Shown: positions 23,101 to 37,000, counted from the first letter of the stretch. The stretch is DNA of 64,000 nucleotides from Selaginella moellendorffii (GCF_000143415.4 NW_003314279.1:1997679-2061678); one strand, 5' to 3'. Notes: generated from the letters alone by a model not told the origin. Made by a program: numbers and translations.

Positions 23101-24158
23101 GATCCGAGTGCTGGTAGATCGGCTTATACTATTGCTGCAAGCTGGGAGACAAAAATCATATCGGCATTCTCTCATCTAGATCGTCGAGCCTCGTTCGTCC
23201 TATGGGATTTGCTGACAGTTCTATCATTTCTCAAGCAACTCTGTGGAGGAGAGATACTGGGGTCCGTTTTTCAGAAATGGCTCTCAAATTGGAGTTTCGT
23301 AAACACGGGTACTATCGAGGCTTGCTGCTGGTCAACAGAAGCTCTCAAGACGTGCTTACCAAGCTTGAGTTGTCGATGCCTACAGACAATGATCGTGATC
23401 TTTCGAAGGATAATCCTACAGGACTTGAAACTTGGACTACTTACAGAAGGGTTGGAAGCCATGCACAATTCTGGATCACGTACCCAGTTAACTTCAGAGC
23501 AGCAAACGTGGCTGGAAATCCTTTGGTGCATGGAGCACGAGCTAAGAGAGAGGCTGATGTTCCTGGCTTTGCTCACGGCTTTGTGGTGCAAGTCCCCTCA
23601 AGCAGAGAATGCCCAAGCTAGTGTCAAGATGGAAGCCAGGCTACCAACAGCATTTTTGATGTCCGACTGGATCCTCTTGAACTCGTCAAAGGTTTCTCCT
23701 CAACTGCTGCAGCTCGCCACTGAAGTGCATAAAGTTTATAACAGGTAGCTTCTTTTTTGTGATTGCTGTCAAGATGTTAATGCGTTTTCGGTTGTGGCAG
23801 ATCTGGATCAAGTTCACAAGAGCGCTGCAGCTACTGCGAGCAAACGGTTCCCTTGGAGTACCTTGAAGTTGGCTATTGCCGCGCAGAGGGAATCAACACG
23901 AGAATAAACCATCGGTTGCAGCGGTGCTCGGCTTCCTTGCAGATCTCCCTCCCTGGTCCGTCGTGGTATTGTACGTGCTGCGGTCGAAACGCCTTCCAAC
24001 AGGTTCCAGAGTTTTTTTTCTCCTTGACGTCGAGGGTCCAGATTGAGAGGCTGCCTTCGATTGTGGTGCTGGAGCCCGTTGTGTCGCGGTGTCCCTTTTG
24101 CGGAATCCTGATGCAGAGGATCTTACCGGAGTTTTTCCTCACACCGTCTCTGGTGTAA
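20143..24158 (+). CDS. TFIIIC subunit delta/GTF3C4-like WD40 protein with C-terminal zinc finger, multi-exon
   Basis: YPNSVRWSEDNLLAVAAGHMVTIL, VRSIDWSPQG..CLLAV, AHESWVTALDW..LLATGSSDG..VKLW, and C-terminal RCSASLQ..WYCTCCGR...CPFCGILMQR. Confidence 0.8.
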
Positions 24159-24363
24159 GTAATGAGGTGAGTTCTCTCCTTCCTTTCGAAAGTTTTTGAC
24201 GAACTTGCTGTGCTCTCGTTGCAGGCTGGTAGTTCTCAGTGCTGTGTATGTAACGGAAAACGCTTGTAAAATATGATGAGAGAGAAACTGATTATCAAGC
24301 AAGCTGGTAACACACTTTTCTTTGAGATATGCATTTTTTCACACCTCTAGCTAGCTGCTCTCC

Positions 24364-26829
24364 ATGTTTTTCTCTCTAGATCACGAGTTTGTGAGCTGTT
24401 ACTGCAAGGACAAGACCGAGTTTGCTACTCTTCTCAGGGAATGTGGAAACTCGAGAGCTCTAGCGCGGGGTAAGCGTGTCCATTCTCTTCTTACTTCTGC
24501 CGGATATGGAGACGATGCGATCCTGTGCAACTTGGTCGTGCAGATGTATGGCAAGTGCGGTAACTTGGATGATGCCCGCTCCGTCTTCGATCGTATTCCT
24601 GCCAAGAACATCTACTCGTGGAACATCATGCTGTCAGCTTACCAGCGTGCCGGTTGTGGAGTTTCGGCACTCAAGCTGTTGCGGGAGATGGATTTGGATG
24701 GTGTTCGACCGGACAGTGTAACTTACGTAAGTTATGTCACCGCTTGTTCATCGGCTGGTGCAGTCGAGCAGGGAAAGTTTGCTCATTCCAGGATCGCTGC
24801 TACTGGGCACTTCGCAGCGGACGTTTCCGTGGGGAATTCGCTGGTGAACATGTATGGAAAGTTCGGACTCGTGGAGGAAGCCAGGACGGTCTTTGAGAGC
24901 ATGGTCGCAAGGAATACAGTGACTTGGAACACGCTTATCGGAGCTTATACCCAGAACGGGCATAGCAGGGAGGCGGTTGTGCTATACAAGCTGGCGAAAG
25001 AGAGCGGTGTGAAGATGAGCTATGTGACTTACGTGGTGGCTCTTGGAGCCTGTTCCACTCTCGGGCAAGGCAGGGAAGTTCACTCGGACATCGTCGCTGC
25101 GACGTGCGAGCTCAACGCTACGGTGGAAAACGCTTTGATCGGATGCTACTCCAGGTGCCAGAGTTTGGAAGATGCCCGGCTCGTTTTCAACTCCATGCAG
25201 TGCCGGAAGAACGCCGTCTCTTGGAACTCTATGATCTCGGCCTGTGTCGCGAACGGGCGTCCTGACGAAGCTCTTGAGATTTACAGGAGGATGGACTCGA
25301 GGCCTGACAGGGTGACTTTCATGGGTGTCCTCGGTGCCTGCTCTAGTCTTCCAGAGGGAAGAGAGATCCAGCAGCGTATCAAGGCAGAAGGCTTGGAGAC
25401 TAATGCCTGTGTGGCCAACGCGCTGATAACCATGTACGGGAGGTGTGGAAGCTTGGTGGACGCGAGAGAAGTCTTTGACGCGATGCCGGGGCGAGATATC
25501 ATCTCCTGGAACGCTCTGATCAACGCTCATGCTCAAAACGGCGATGGAAGAGGTGCTCTCGGGCTTTACCACGAGCTTCAAGCGGACGACATGCTAGAGC
25601 CGGATGGTGTGACTTTCGTGGCAGTTCTCGGTGCCTGCGTAGCCTGCAAAGACTTCAAACAAGGTGACGAGGTCTCCAAGCGGATCATTCGTAGCGGGAT
25701 CTACAAGGACGACGTTGTTCTGGCCACAGCCCTCGTGAGCATGCTTGGAAAGTTTGGCGAGATGGAACAGGCGAGGACAGTGTTTAGCGGCATGGCTAAA
25801 AGGACAGCCATCTCCTGGAACGCCATGCTTGCGGCATACTGTGACAACGGGCACGCTCGCAAAGCTCTGGAGCTCTACCACGCAATGGACGTGGATCCGG
25901 ACGAGGTGACTTACATGACTGTCGCGGAGGCGTGCTCGAGCTCGCGAGATCTTCAAGAGGCTGGAGCTCTACACGAGCGTGCTGCTGCGTCCGGCATGCT
26001 GGCTCATGTCCCCCTGGCCAACGCTCTGGTCGCGATGTATGGCAAGTGCCAGCGCCTGGACGAAGCAACGCGAGTTTTCGAAGGGATTCCTCGCCGGAGC
26101 CTCGTCTCGTGGAACTCCATGATCGCGGCCTGTGTGGACAACGGGGAGAACGCCCGAGCTGTGGAGCTGTTCAAAGAAATGGAGCCGCCACCCGACGACG
26201 TAACTTTCGTGAGCGTCTTCGCGGCGTGCTCCAACCTTGGCGACTTGGCTATGGCGAGGGAAGCTCACGGAGCATTTGGATCCAGGGAGCTGCTCGATGA
26301 CACCGTGGGAACTTCGCTCGTGAGCATGTATGGGAGGTGTGGGAGCCTCGCCGACGCTCGAGCGGTGTTTAAGAGGATGCCGAGGAGGGACGCGACGAGC
26401 TGGACGAGCATGATCGTGGCGTGTGCTCGCGGCGGCGATGGCGTTGCCGGGGTGGCGGCGTTCTACGCGATGGGACTGGAGGGAGTGGCTCCCGACGAGA
26501 TCAGCTTCCTGGCGGTGCTCTTCTGCTGCAGCCACACGGGGCTGGGGCGCCAAGGCCGGGAGTTCTTCGTGCTCATGCTTGAGGAGCTGGGAGCTCGGGC
26601 CGAGCACTACGTGTGCATGGTCGACCTGGTTGGTCGGCTTGGATGGGTGGAGGAGGCACAGAGGCTCTTGGAAGCCATGCCTTTCCAGGCCGGTTCCATC
26701 GCGTGGCTGGCGCTGCTGGGGTCTTGCAACGTCCAGAGGAGCTCCCGGCGTGGAGCGCTGGCGGCCGAGCGCGTGATCGAGCTGGAGCTGGAGGAAGCGA
26801 GGCGTGGCAGCGATTTGCAAGGTTTGTGA
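24364..26829 (+). CDS. PLS-class PPR protein with truncated E region, no DYW
   Basis: Intronless 821 aa with repeated MYGKCG.L.DAR.VFD....N..SWN motifs. It ends after HYVCMVDLVGRLG..MPF..W.ALLGSC. Confidence 0.9.
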   Translation: MFFSLDHEFVSCYCKDKTEFATLLRECGNSRALARGKRVHSLLTSAGYGDDAILCNLVVQMYGKCGNLDDARSVFDRIPAKNIYSWNIMLSAYQRAGCGVSALKLLREMDLDGVRPDSVTYVSYVTACSSAGAVEQGKFAHSRIAATGHFAADVSVGNSLVNMYGKFGLVEEARTVFESMVARNTVTWNTLIGAYTQNGHSREAVVLYKLAKESGVKMSYVTYVVALGACSTLGQGREVHSDIVAATCELNATVENALIGCYSRCQSLEDARLVFNSMQCRKNAVSWNSMISACVANGRPDEALEIYRRMDSRPDRVTFMGVLGACSSLPEGREIQQRIKAEGLETNACVANALITMYGRCGSLVDAREVFDAMPGRDIISWNALINAHAQNGDGRGALGLYHELQADDMLEPDGVTFVAVLGACVACKDFKQGDEVSKRIIRSGIYKDDVVLATALVSMLGKFGEMEQARTVFSGMAKRTAISWNAMLAAYCDNGHARKALELYHAMDVDPDEVTYMTVAEACSSSRDLQEAGALHERAAASGMLAHVPLANALVAMYGKCQRLDEATRVFEGIPRRSLVSWNSMIAACVDNGENARAVELFKEMEPPPDDVTFVSVFAACSNLGDLAMAREAHGAFGSRELLDDTVGTSLVSMYGRCGSLADARAVFKRMPRRDATSWTSMIVACARGGDGVAGVAAFYAMGLEGVAPDEISFLAVLFCCSHTGLGRQGREFFVLMLEELGARAEHYVCMVDLVGRLGWVEEAQRLLEAMPFQAGSIAWLALLGSCNVQRSSRRGALAAERVIELELEEARRGSDLQGL

Positions 26830-27543
26830 ATCTCGAGCTCTTTCTGCAAACCCTGTCGGCACTTATAGCATATAAATCATTTCCGAGAAGAGAAAGCATT
26901 CCTGGATTTGGATTGATCTTGGTGTCTCCAGGATAATCTAGTCTCTGAACACGAGGGGGTGGTCATTTCTAAAAGCTTGAAAATACTGTTCTCTGCTCCT
27001 TTACTTTCTTTTCTTTACCCGATTTCCCAAAAGCCTGGTGCTGGGCTCCTGCAACAAAATCTGTGTGTTTTGATCGCCATGGAGGACACATTCATTCGCG
27101 AGCAGAGGTCGAGGGGCCCCTCAAGATTTAAATCTCTCTCCTCGACTGTCCAACCCTTTGGAAAGTAGCCATCTCGCGCGTTTTAAATCAACAAAATATT
27201 TCCTTTCAAGGTGTCAACGTGAGTGAAGGACCCCCTATGCATGGGAATTTAGCGATCTGGACGCTGTTGTGGGATCATCACTCGCTCAGCTGTGAGTTCT
27301 TTCTCGTGGGGTCGCGGGATCTTGTCAATCAATGGGTGGGTCGTTTCTTTCACTCGCTCGTTTCGATCGATGGACAGAGATTCATGGCCTAACCACAGGA
27401 CTGACAATTGCCCGCCGGTGGGACAACATTCATATGATCATGGCTCCACACACTCCCACACACTGACCTTGGAAATATAAGTACGAGATTAACATCGCTA
27501 TCCTCCGCTCCAAGAGCCTGTCCTCCTCCGAAGATACCATCCA

Positions 27544-28218
27544 TGTTACGTGGCTACGGTACGATCAAACTGCATTTCTAAAGCTTGAAAGCAAAATCTT
27601 CATGTCCGGCTCGAACAAGCTGTGTACAAAAGTTACAGGCCAGAGAGTGACACATATATGAAATGACCCAAGAGGACAATCAGCGAGGGTGGTGGAAGAA
27701 ACTCTGTAGTTAAATGTGTAAGTTGGAAGGGGAGGATCATCTTAAGATCTGAGTGAGTCAGGTGTGTGTTTGGTGTGATACTTGCAGACCAAAATGCCTA
27801 AGAATTTAGGAAGACTTCAAAGCTGTGTCATATCTCCAGTGTGGTAAAGATCACAATTTTTATATGGTTTTCTCTTACCAGCAAAGCATCTGGATTGAGA
27901 TGCAAGTTGGGCAGTACTTGTTTCTAGTAATGTCTTTTTTCCTGTTTTATGCAGCCAAGTGACCACAATCTTCTCCAGTTTTGCGGTACCACGTTCTAGA
28001 TTCATTCTTTGGCTTCTTTCAACAACACCAGGTCCTACAGACAAATGATACTAAGCAGATCCTTGCTTGTACAAGGACTAGCTGGAAAGGAAACTCCTTG
28101 CCCTTTGCTGTGAGCTTTCTTAGGAGCAAAGCCCTGCAAAACCACAGACCAGTGCTCCAGATGATGGGTTGTACTCAACTTTTGCATCACTCACCAGATA
28201 CAATAACATGGTATCAGA
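27544..28218 (+). mobile_element. LTR remnant followed by tRNA-iMet primer-binding site
   Basis: TGTTA (27544) ... TAACA (28208), immediately followed by TGGTATCAGA (28209-28218). No gag/pol is recognisable downstream. Confidence 0.45.
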
Positions 28219-30361
28219 CTAATTAAACACAATGCTGGTTGTGCTGTCCTGGCAGCAAGCCAGGAGCACAGCAAAGAAATGAAAGCCATGCCCAGCAAAA
28301 TCCATAACTATGACAAACATCAGGTGAGTATAATATGAGTTTGACTAGAGCATGCCCTCAATTACCCCTTTCACCAACCAAAACTCTTTTTCACTGCAGT
28401 TTACCAGCCACACCAGAGAGACAGGCACACAGACAAAGCAATCACCCTCTTAGTGATCATAGTACGTTTTTTAATTTCTATATCTTTACATACTAAAAGA
28501 AGAACTTGTTAGAGAATGGAGATGAAGATGCTGCCTTTGTTTTGTTTATGTTTCTGGGGTCATATTGAGGTGTGATCCCTCTCCACTCACCAGCAGTTGC
28601 TATCAAGATGAATTTTAACATATATTTTGACCACCACCAACTCTACAGTAACAGTAGAAACATGCAATATTTACTGTTCTGGGATTTTTATGGTGGAGGG
28701 TGGTAAGTTTCCTCACATGATGAAACTGCTATCATAAATTCCCCCAGTTTTTGCTGGTCTTCTTGTAATTCCACCACAAAGCACGATGAAGAAATGGGAG
28801 AAATACGACAAGATCATGTCGTAGTCCACCTGCTCGCTATACGCATGGTGTATAAACAAACACCTCCCTGATCAGAAGATCAGATCAAAGCCCTTTCCTC
28901 CATTTTCAGAGTTGCACGCTTGTTTAATATACTGCGTTTTTCATTTTTCTGCTGGAAGGACAATACACACACCACACCCTCCGTGTACTTCGTACTTCTG
29001 TATTCTGGGTGCGTATGGGTTGGAGCCATAAATTGAAAATCATCTGGCAATAACACCGACATTTACAGTCCACACAGTAAAAAACGGAGAGGACAAAAAA
29101 GGTCATCTAAACATATGCCCACAAAGGCAATTTCTGGTCATGGTGTTGTTGCGGCTTAAATCACACGCACGATCGCGCTTCTTGCGGATAATCTGGAAGA
29201 AACCGTGAGCTCTAGTCCCTAGCCTAGCATCTCTTTTGAATTCTGTGAAGGAGCTCTAGCTTTTTTTCTAAAGCCCAGTGTCCGCTAGTTCACCAGCTAT
29301 GGCGTGGTGCCAAAACATTTTGTTATGGCGTTTAACCAGTAGCCTGAGCTGGCTGGCAAGCCCCGGGGAACACGGGGCTGGTTTTCCTGCGTGTCCAAAC
29401 CTCTACTAGCGCCAGCTACGTGAAGACAACAACAATACCAAAGAACGGAGAACCAAGAGCAGCATAACCATTTGACATTGGTTTTTTTTCTCCGTGGTAT
29501 GACAAATCCACCAACTTGTATGACTGTCAACTGACAGACCCAAAAACTTGGAGTTTCCGAAACTCGTCTCAATGGCATCTTATACTTGTAGACTCTTGGT
29601 TCTCAGCAGATGCCGAGATTTGGCATTACGTTACAATCAATTCATGTCGTCCGTGTCGCTTGGATCGCGAGAGGGCGATCGCTTTCCGCCCCGCATTTTT
29701 GTTTGCGAGCCTTGTCGAGGGTCTGTTCCAGGTACCTTCGTTCCAATTTGATTTCAAAACTCTCCTCGCGAGGAATCAGTACAAAAGCTCCAAACTTTAT
29801 TCCGCGAAATCCTGCTTTGGGGGAGGTCATCTTCTTACTTTGGTGCCACTGCTCTAAATTCTTTTCCACTTTCTTTTCCCTGGTGTCATCGTCGTGGTTT
29901 GGCAGTCTTTCATTGTTTTTGTTGTGACCTTCTCATTGAGTTCTTTCCGTCCATCTTTTCTCTGGGCTCTTGCTCTTCTCCGCCTCTCCCAGCCTCGCCT
30001 TTAGCTTCAATGTGGATGCATTCTCCATGTGTTGCGTAGATTAGAGCCAGCAGCAGATATTTCATCTGGTTTTGGACTGCGATCTCTCCTTGGAGCATTG
30101 CTTTCAAGACAATCAAGGCCTCTCACGGTGTGCCAAGCTGTTTGTAAGTCGTAAAGAAGTCCCAGACTGTTTGCACTGCTTGCTTACCGCATCATTATAG
30201 CTCTCCACTTCCATTCCTTCCTCGGTTTCGTGGCCTTTTGCCTGAGACAACAAAACAAAAAGCAACCACCGAGCAAGAAGGAAGGAGAAGGAGAAGAGAA
30301 AAAAAGTCGTCACAGTAGTGAGGTGTGAGGAGAGGAGGAAAACATCCAAAGCTTTTCGGCT

Positions 30362-33300
30362 ATGGCAGACAGTCCAGGAAGATTGCTTTCAAGCATTTGT
30401 TTAGGTGGTGGTGGCGCTGGCGGCTATGGAAGCAGCGGCAGCGGCCAGTCCTCGGCAAAGTACGGCTGCGTAAATATTTTCCTCCATCTCTTCGATTGGA
30501 ACCGGAGGCTCTCCAAAAAAGGCCTCTTCTTGAGCAAGAAATTGCTGCCGTCAACGCTAGGTGAGAATGAGAGCGAGCCAGAGAGAGAGAGAGAGCTCTC
30601 TCTCTCTCTTTCACTCCCTCCAATCGAAAAATAAGCATGCATTTCTAATTCTAGATTTGCTCTGTGTGTTTGTGGCCAACCACAGAAGGGGCTGAGCAAT
30701 CCGGGAAGAATAGGAGGAGAAGAAAGAGCAGGAGCAACAAGGCAGCCATGGTGGTGGCGGCGTGCGAGGAGCGTTTGCCCATGGCAAAGTTGCTCCTGGT
30801 AAGCTCCAAACATTTCAACCATGAAAAAGAGAACTTTTACTTCTTTCTGGAGATTCGACTAAAAAGGAGAATGCTGTGTTTGCTACTCAGATTGCTGATG
30901 AGAAGCGGACGAATGGCAGCAATTTCGATGACATTCCAGAGGAAAACGAAGAGGAAGAAGGCGAAGAGGAGGAGGAACTAGAGCTCGAGAACACCACCAA
31001 TGCCAGCAAAGATAACTTGATGATCACCAGCGGCAGGAGCAGCTACAGCAGCAGCGACAAATGCTTTCCCTGTTCTTCGGAGACTCGCTCGCTCCAGGAG
31101 CTCCTCCACACTGACCACGACGATTACTACCACCACCAGTTCGCTGCCTCTCCTCCCAAAATGCTGCACGAATTCCTCGACCCGGCCGAGCAAAAGCCGC
31201 TTTTCAGCCTTCTCATCCAGGAGGCCAAAGCAGCGTCGACATCGTCCTCCTCCATAGCTCTCCCAAATTCCCGGGAAGAACAGAGCCACCAAGCTCCCAG
31301 CTCCAGAAACCCAAAGAGGAGCTCCAATTCCCTCTCCAGGCAAGTTTCCTCCGAGAGGCCGGCCTTCGCTCGCAGAGCAAACTCTCGCAAGTCCTCATCC
31401 TCGTCGCCCATGACCACTTCTTCCTCGTCTTCCTCCTCTACTAGCAAATGCCCCCGTGTGGCAACTGATGCGAGTCTTGGAGTCGCGGCTTCTGGATGCG
31501 GTGGTTTCAGCAGAAGGACGTCCGGGCTCTTTCTCGAGGCAGCCGCAAAGATACTTGATCCACGGGGCCAGTCGTCGAAGACGTTGACCAGGGTTGGCCA
31601 CCTTTCTTCGCGGAAGAAAGTGCCCGTCTCGAAGGTACCACTCGACCACCCCGCCACAGCCGACGAAAGTAAAGCCGCCCCGGAAGAACACAAGCACAGA
31701 AGATCATTCGAGGTTCTTCCCTCGGACATCCAAAACTGCTTTGCAAACTCCTCCAGAGCATCGCTGCGCGAGAGGAGATCTGTCTCGGCACCTTGCTCGC
31801 CCGGTCCCCGCGGAGAAGAGAAAGAAGGCACCGTCCCATACACTAGCTGCGCGTCCATCCGCTCGCTCATGGAGCTCTTCCTGGACGACCTGGAGGAGGA
31901 CATGGAGCTGAGCTGCCTGAGCCGGTCTCTAATCTCTCGATCACCTCGCGAAGACCTTCAAAAACTTTCCGACGCAGCACCCCCCGATGATCACAGGCAC
32001 TTCCGCTCCATCCATCTCCCAGATGGACGCGACCGCACGGTGGACGAGCTCGAAGAAGGCGACTACGTAAGCTTTCGGGACTTCCTCACGAAGGCGAAGA
32101 AGCCTAGTGCTACTCCAGCTCCTCCAACCGAAGTGGAGGAGGATGCCTCCACTGCCGACGAGCAGCAAGATGATTGCTGCCATGTCCCCAGCGACCACCA
32201 CGAAAACTTTGGATTCATGGTCCACAATCCTTTGTTCGAGGGCAGTAACTCCCCATCATCTTACTACTGCAACGAGGAGGAGCTCGGCAACGATGACGAC
32301 CGAGGTCTGGAGGAGATCCTCAAGTCCATCCTCACCCAGACGAGCGATCAAGCCAAGCAGCACCGGGATCCCTCGAGACTGACATGGCTACCGGATGAAA
32401 GCAGCAAGTTGGCAGCTCCAGATCAAAGCTTCAACATGGTAAGTTTGCGCATTCTTCCTCATGATCATCGGTAGAACTAGAGTTCTAAGCTTTCTTTCTT
32501 CTTGCAGTATAACAATACCAGCACCACCATCATTAACAACAAAGATGGCAGCAGTAGCTGCTCGGACGAGAGCCATCAACTGGACAGCGATAGCGTGGAA
32601 GTCACCTCCGAATCCAACTGTGGAGAGGACTGCGGTCAACCCAGCCCGGTCTCGGTGCTTGACTCCCCCTTTGACGATGATCTTCCGGGAAAACGAGGCA
32701 AGAGGGGCCCCTCGAGCAGCAGCAAAAGCAGTAGAAAACGACTAGACTTTTCTGGTAAGAATCCACACTTTTTTTCCTTGCGATCTCATTATCTTTTTTT
32801 TGTTCTTGCTTAGATGATCGTCACGCTCGGAGTGTAACCAGCAGCAACACCAGCAGCAGCAGCGCGAGCTCGCCAAGTAGCATAGTTCGGTTTCAAAACT
32901 TCGACACCAACGCGCTGGAGGAGGCCGAGGAGTACATCGCCATGGTCCTGGAGGAGTCGGGTATTGGCTACCATGCAAACGCGGTGACGCTGCTGGTGGC
33001 CGAGGCCAAGAGCGGTGGCGACTTCAACGCTGGGATCATCGGCGGCAGCGTCTTCGAGAGGCTCGAGGACCGGATGCGGGTGCAGCAGCTCATCGAGCAC
33101 CTCGAGTCGTGCAGCACGTCGTCCAGTGCCGAGGATCGCCCCAGCCACCACAGCCTCGAGAGCCTGAGAGCTCACTACGGGAGCTACCACGAGTCGAGGT
33201 CCCGGAGGAGGATGGTGTTCGACTTTGTGAACGAGATCCTGGGATCCATTGTCGCCAGGCACCTGGAAGATCACCACACGCGGGTTAGAACAGGGAGGCA

Positions 33301-33511
33301 GCTTGCTCAGGAGACTCACCAGCGGGTTCTCGAGTGGAAGAGACAGGCGTTTGATAGCATCCACGAGCTTGTTGACATGGAGATAAGTAGAGTGAGGAAT
33401 TCTTTGAGTGGCAATCTTGGCGTAGAGGTCTCCGAGATTGGGCTAATCTGCGAGGAGCATATTTTCAAGAGCATGGTGGAGGAGCTGGCCAGGGACCTCG
33501 TAACCTCATAA
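30362..33511 (+). CDS. TON1-recruiting motif (TRM/LONGIFOLIA-like, DUF4378) protein, multi-exon
   Basis: GCVNIFLHLFDWNRRLSKKGLF, LEAAAKIL, QPSPVSVLDSPF, RRMVFDFVNEIL and terminal EIGLICEEHIFKSMVEELARDL. Confidence 0.85.
30582..30609. repeat. Perfect (AG)7(CT)7 palindrome in first intron
   Basis: agagagagagagag|ctctctctctctct read directly. Confidence 0.9.
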
Positions 33512-34026
33512 AAGTCGAATGTAGAGGCCTTCTCTACGTACCTATTGTAAAACTTCAATTTATTTATTTTTCTCTCGTTTACGTGAGTGAGAAAGCTGGA
33601 TGTAGCAGTGTCAAATAAATGAATACCAACATGACCATACCTCTTCAACGAGAGAAGCAACGCGAGGGTGTATTGCCATTGCGGAGAGTATTTTCTTCCA
33701 CCTGGAAAGCTGAACCAGGAGTACTTCTGGAGATTGTCAAGAGGACGACTTACCCACCCAGGTAGCGCACGAAATCAATTCTGTGTGAAGTCGAAGTGCT
33801 TCTAGAAAGAACAATGGCAAGTTAGAGCTTTTGTTGTTTTATCTTCACGCAGCCAAATTTCCCAGAAGTCTTTGATAAAGTCTCGCTTGGTACTTCGAGT
33901 CCTGGACCATAAAGAACGTCAAATCGGATGCACTTTGCTACGAGCACACATACCGAAATATGACTCGGACTGACGCCAATGCGGAGCAGAAAACCGGAAG
34001 CTTTTCAGATTTTACCAGCTCACTGT

Positions 34027-37000
34027 TCAAGGACGATTCCAGCAGCCGCAGCACAGCCAAGATACTAGGCTCTTTTTCGCAACCTTTGGTGATTCAGGCT
34101 CCAGAGATTCGGCAGGCTTGTCACGGGCAGCGTCGACGACACATGACATGGAAATGTCGGTGTCTGGGGCTTTCGTCTTTGGTCTACCCAAGCTTTCTTG
34201 TAGCTGCCTGAGATGGATCATGACTTCATCCAGGGTGGGACGTCTACAGGGATCCCGCACAAGAACGAAGCGAATGAACTCCACCACAGGGCCAAAGTTT
34301 CCAACTTTCTCTGCTTTTTCGTTTGTAATAAGCTCCTGGAGGTTGATAAGCTTAACCATTCAGCTTCACAAAATGCTTTTCCAGCGCTTACCTCTGAATT
34401 TGTCGTCACGCGGATAAAGAAACGCATCCAATCTTCGTCATAAAGAAGGTACTCTGCTGCTAGGAGCTCGTAGAGGAGGCACCCGAGGCCCCAAACATCC
34501 ACTGCTTTTCCAACACATGTATCAAGACTAGCATCCCCTCCTGTTCGCAAAAGCTTGAGCATTTCTGGACTTTTAACGTATTCTGTTCCCCTGTTTCGAA
34601 CAGTGCATTCTCCTCCCTGAAACACGGACGCCTGCAAATATAGGAAGTCAAAGAAATCAATCACATTTTGCTTTTTTGAAATATAATAAATTTTACTTTG
34701 CTCTGGCCAAAGTCTGCGAGGCACACTCTGAATGGTAAAGGATGTGAATTTTCTTCTGATGGTGGCCATGTAGGATCCCAAAACTCTTCCTCTGAAATAA
34801 CAGAGTCAACAGGTTCAAGGAGAACATTGTCACACTTCAGATCATAATGAACGACGTTGTGAGCTTCAAGAACTTTCACCTGTCCCATCAAAAGTGAGCT
34901 ACAAACATAACCAAGGTAGAGCTTACCGCGTCAAGAACTGCAGCATACACCTCAAGGTAAAGCGGGAGCCGGTCGACAAAGGACTTGCCCGATTTATGCG
35001 AATGCAAGCCTCCCTGATTTAGCCTCCATGCACGAAGGCTGCACTTGTAGTGCTTCAACACGAGCACAAAAGTTTCTGATTCCAAGCCGTAGTCAAGCAA
35101 CTGGCTGATTTTCGGTTCTCCCAAGAACTTCTCCAAAATCTGGACTTCCGAGTATACGTCGAAAAACTTGCAAGGTTCGTAAGGTCCTTTAGGAAGTTCC
35201 ACAGTCTTCAGAACCACTAGCCTTGGCCCATCTTCCTCATTAACTGTGGCTTTGTAGATCTGTATACAGAAATACTGTTAGTCCACATATAACCATCCCG
35301 AAAGAGACCTGCGCAAATGCGCCATGAGCTATACGAATTCGATTCCTGTATAGTGACGAGTTGAAAAGTCCTCTCCAGGAAAGCCTTAAGATTCTGAAGG
35401 CAGAGTGATGAAACGCTTTCATCCTCTCCGTTAAGCAGGGAAGCAAATAAGAATTTGCTACATGATTCAGATCTGGATGCAAGTCAAGTTGAACAGTTTT
35501 CCATAGCAAAACAGCAAGTAAATAGAAAAGGATACGATAAAACAGGAAGAATGGAGCGTTGAGTTTCTGCTTCTCAGTTTGGAACCTATCACTGTATCTC
35601 TGGTCCAAAGTCCCCCTATGAAAAAAACTCAGGACAAGCTTAGTCCAAAGCGACAAGAAGGAAACAGCACATACTGAGGTGTTAGCATCAAAGTTATGTA
35701 AAGCTCGAGTAGAAAAAGATGGAGGCTCGAGTTCCGGTAAAGTCTTCTTTGCGAGCGCTCCATTTCGTAAGGCGTGGTGAGCTTGCAGCTGCCACCTGAA
35801 GTTTGCCCGTCTCCTGCCAGAGAAACGCCCGGCGACTTGTTTCCAGGCTTGGAGACCTGAATCTCTGGCTTTGCCTCCTCGGCACTGTTTTCTTGATCGC
35901 CCTTCCTAGCAGATCTTGGAAGATTCAGCTTCGGTATGAACGGTCGAAACGATGCCTTGCCACCCTCGTTTGCTAAGCTTCCAATGGAATCATCCTCAGA
36001 GTGAGTGAGAGACTCTGAATCGCTGCTGTCGTTGTCACTGTTTGGTCGATCCTGTCCATCTTCTTCTGCAAGTTCTCGCTCCACCTCTTCGTTCAGATCG
36101 AAAAACTTCCCAGTGTAGACCACTTTCTCAGGAGCAAAATCGCCTTCAATATCCTCTGCTAGATTGTTCTCGTCAACTGTCACTGGAAATGCGACCTTTT
36201 CACTCGCTTGCTCGTGGACAGGATGCATTGGAACCGCAGGCTTCATAACCTCTTGCCACTTCTGTAGAAATTCGTGCCTGCCGGTGAAGGGTCTGCTTAG
36301 CAAGTAGCTCTCGCACGATGATGACTGTACCGCGCTCAGAGTTCGAGCTGACAGGAACCCGAGCTCCAGCTTTGGCATGTCTTTGGACAAGGACTTCTCC
36401 AACTTCTTATGCACAAGGCAGGACTTGTTCGAGCCTTCTAACTCTGGCGAAAGTAAGCAAAGTCCTTTTTTCAAGCCTGCCACTGATGGTGTTGTGACGT
36501 CGCTTGATACACTTGACTCCATGCTCGGATGGCTGGTTTCGGACGTACGTGCGCTAGGATCTCCAACATTCTTAGTGCGAAACGAACTCGCCGAGCTCCT
36601 TAGCTGCGATGCCAATGCCTTGTTTATCCTGACTACGTCCCTCGGAGTCGCTACTTGAGAGGCCTCGTACTCCAGGGCAATCTGGTGAACCAGGAAATCC
36701 ATCACTCTGAGCTGCTTAAACCTCAGAGTCACGTCGTCACTTTGATTTTGCGCCAATGCCAGCAGCACTTGTACGTGTACCGCACACTCAAGTGAGAGCT
36801 GCTCGTCTCTAACTTCCGCCTCAGAACAGGGAGCTTCATTATCCGAGCACCAGGCTAAAGTGCAGCTGTTCTCGCTCACTTTCTCGAGAGTTGGCTCGGC
36901 AAGTTTCAGTTTCCGTCCTTGCAGCAAGTTGACGTAGTAGAGATGTATAAGCCGAAGGAAATGGAAATCCAGGAAGGGATAAGCATAAGCCTTCCCTAGA

